Assembly (NCBI GenBank): GCA_038143065.1
Contig: JAYQLI010000035.1
Coordinates: 1,504,894-1,568,893 of the forward strand
Reading direction: 5' to 3'
DNA length: 64,000 nt
From: Rhodospirillales bacterium
GTDB lineage: Bacteria > Pseudomonadota > Alphaproteobacteria > Bin95
A model generated the notes under the pieces. That model saw only the letters and a program-made list of their open reading frames with translations. It was not told the origin of the DNA and ran no database searches. A program made the position numbers and the translations under genes. Below are positions 62,770 through 64,000 of this stretch, piece after piece (within the stretch, counting starts at the first letter, position 1; every line of letters begins with the position of its first letter).

Positions 62770-63380
62770 TATCTGTCGAACTCCGTCAAAAACTAGCGAG
62801 TAATATTTCTCGCCTAGAAATCCAAAAAGTAAGCAATACGGCATTAAAAGCGGCTGCGGTTTCGATAGCTATTACGGAGGATGAGAGCGGAGCTCCCGCC
62901 TTTATTCTAACCCGAAGATCTGGAAGTTTAAGGCGACACGCACACCAATGGGCATTACCAGGTGGCAGATTAGACCCTGGAGAGACTATAATTGAGGCTG
63001 GCCTGAGAGAAATGGAGGAAGAAATTGGTCTTTCTTTATCTCCCAAAGATCTCGTAGGGCGCCTCGACGATTACCCAACACGTTCAGGATACAATATCTC
63101 TCCACTAGTCTTCTGGGCTGGGCCGGCCAAAAACTTAACTCCCAACCCGTCAGAGGTACACGCGCTCTATCGCATTCCACTTAAAGAACTCGATCGTCCG
63201 GAATCGCCTGATTTAATTCGCATCCCGGAAAGCGATCGTCCGGTTATTCGAATGGCTATCATGAATGATATGGTTCATGCTCCGACTGCCGCCCTGCTAT
63301 ACCAATTTCGCGAGGTTGCCATGCACGGTCGACTTATTAGGGTTGATCATTTTGATCAGCCTGTTTTCGCGTGGCGCTAA
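62766..63380 (+). CDS. Nudix CoA pyrophosphatase (NudL/PCD1-like)
   Basis: LTRRSGSLRRH..QWALPGG NuCoA motif and GLREMEEEIGL Nudix box. Confidence 0.9.
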   Translation: MISVELRQKLASNISRLEIQKVSNTALKAAAVSIAITEDESGAPAFILTRRSGSLRRHAHQWALPGGRLDPGETIIEAGLREMEEEIGLSLSPKDLVGRLDDYPTRSGYNISPLVFWAGPAKNLTPNPSEVHALYRIPLKELDRPESPDLIRIPESDRPVIRMAIMNDMVHAPTAALLYQFREVAMHGRLIRVDHFDQPVFAWR

Positions 63381-63479
63381 ACCAAAAGTCTTAAAAATTT
63401 AACCACAATGCTTTAGGAACTTCCAGGACGAGGACGCTAAACGAGCATCACACCCAAATTTTAGGCCAAGAGAGGTTCA

Positions 63480-64000
63480 ATGAACTCTTCAAATAAAGAT
63501 GCAACCCAAGCCGGCATTGGTTTTTTTGAGAAATGGCTTTCAATTTGGGTAGCTCTTTGTATTGCCGCAGGAATTGCCCTTGGGGCCATAATGCCAGGAT
63601 TGTTTGAGACCATAGCCGATATCGAATACGCCTCGGTCAATCTTGTAGTTGCGATACTGATATGGGCAATGGTTTATCCAATGATGGTTGGCGTAGATTT
63701 CGCGAGCCTGAAAAGCATTGGGGAACGACCCAAAGGTCTGATCATAACAATCGTGGTGAACTGGCTAATCAAGCCTTTCACGATGGCTGCACTAGGTGTG
63801 CTTTTTTTCGATCATGTATTTGCCGATCTTCTCGCCCCGGAAGATGCTCAACAATACCTCGCAGGAGTTATTATTCTTGGAGCTGCGCCATGCACCGCAA
63901 TGGTTTTCGTATGGAGCCAGCTTACGCGAGGAGATCCCACCTACACCCTAGTTCAGGTGTCAATAAACGACCTTATAATGATTATTGCGTTTGCTCCTAT
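63480..64000 (+). CDS. acr3: ACR3-family arsenite efflux transporter (partial, runs off the right edge; not in the ORF track)
   Basis: Translated by hand: [51 protein letters not shown]. Confidence 0.93.
   Translation, partial: MNSSNKDATQAGIGFFEKWLSIWVALCIAAGIALGAIMPGLFETIADIEYASVNLVVAILIWAMVYPMMVGVDFASLKSIGERPKGLIITIVVNWLIKPFTMAALGVLFFDHVFADLLAPEDAQQYLAGVIILGAAPCTAMVFVWSQLTRGDPTYTLVQVSINDLIMIIAFAP

Noticed and set aside
520-63180. Many 60-170 aa ORFs antisense to or overlapping real genes
   Set aside because: Shadow frames with no motifs or RBS, expected at this GC content
1-64000. CRISPR arrays, cas genes, prophage, integrase, transposase, toxin-antitoxin or other defence genes
   Set aside because: No regularly spaced repeats seen, and every long ORF is explained by a housekeeping or metabolic family

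Overview
Chromosomal segment of an alphaproteobacterium (Rhodospirillales-like gene order, roughly 48-50% GC by eye; the acuI, TRAP and CoA-catabolism content fits a marine heterotroph). Housekeeping blocks: prfC; hflK-hflC-DUF2065-degP; mrp; trcR; dnaB-alr-mlaE-mlaF-radA-cvpA-purF; tRNA-Leu-tig-clpP-clpX-lon. Between them sit small catabolic and transport modules: a dimethylformamidase-large-subunit homolog divergent from a COG3964 amidohydrolase, a TRAP system in the uncommon P-M-Q order followed by two unknown membrane genes, a split ComD/ComE-like TPP decarboxylase, dgoK-dgoA-hydroxyacid dehydrogenase-araD, coxDE/xdhC/mocA molybdoenzyme maturation genes, a family-5 ABC importer facing acyl-CoA dehydrogenase/CoA-transferase/Nudix genes, and ACR3 at the right edge. 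I count 16 single-base frameshifts in 13 genes, nearly all at homopolymer runs, which most likely reflect long-read consensus error rather than biology. I found no CRISPR array, prophage, integrase, IS element, defence system or rRNA. No clearly new system is demonstrable from sequence alone. The best candidates are the DMFase-like/amidohydrolase/TRAP locus and two small ORFs (18341-18508, absent from the ORF track, and 24146-24352). All family assignments come from motif recognition, not database searches.
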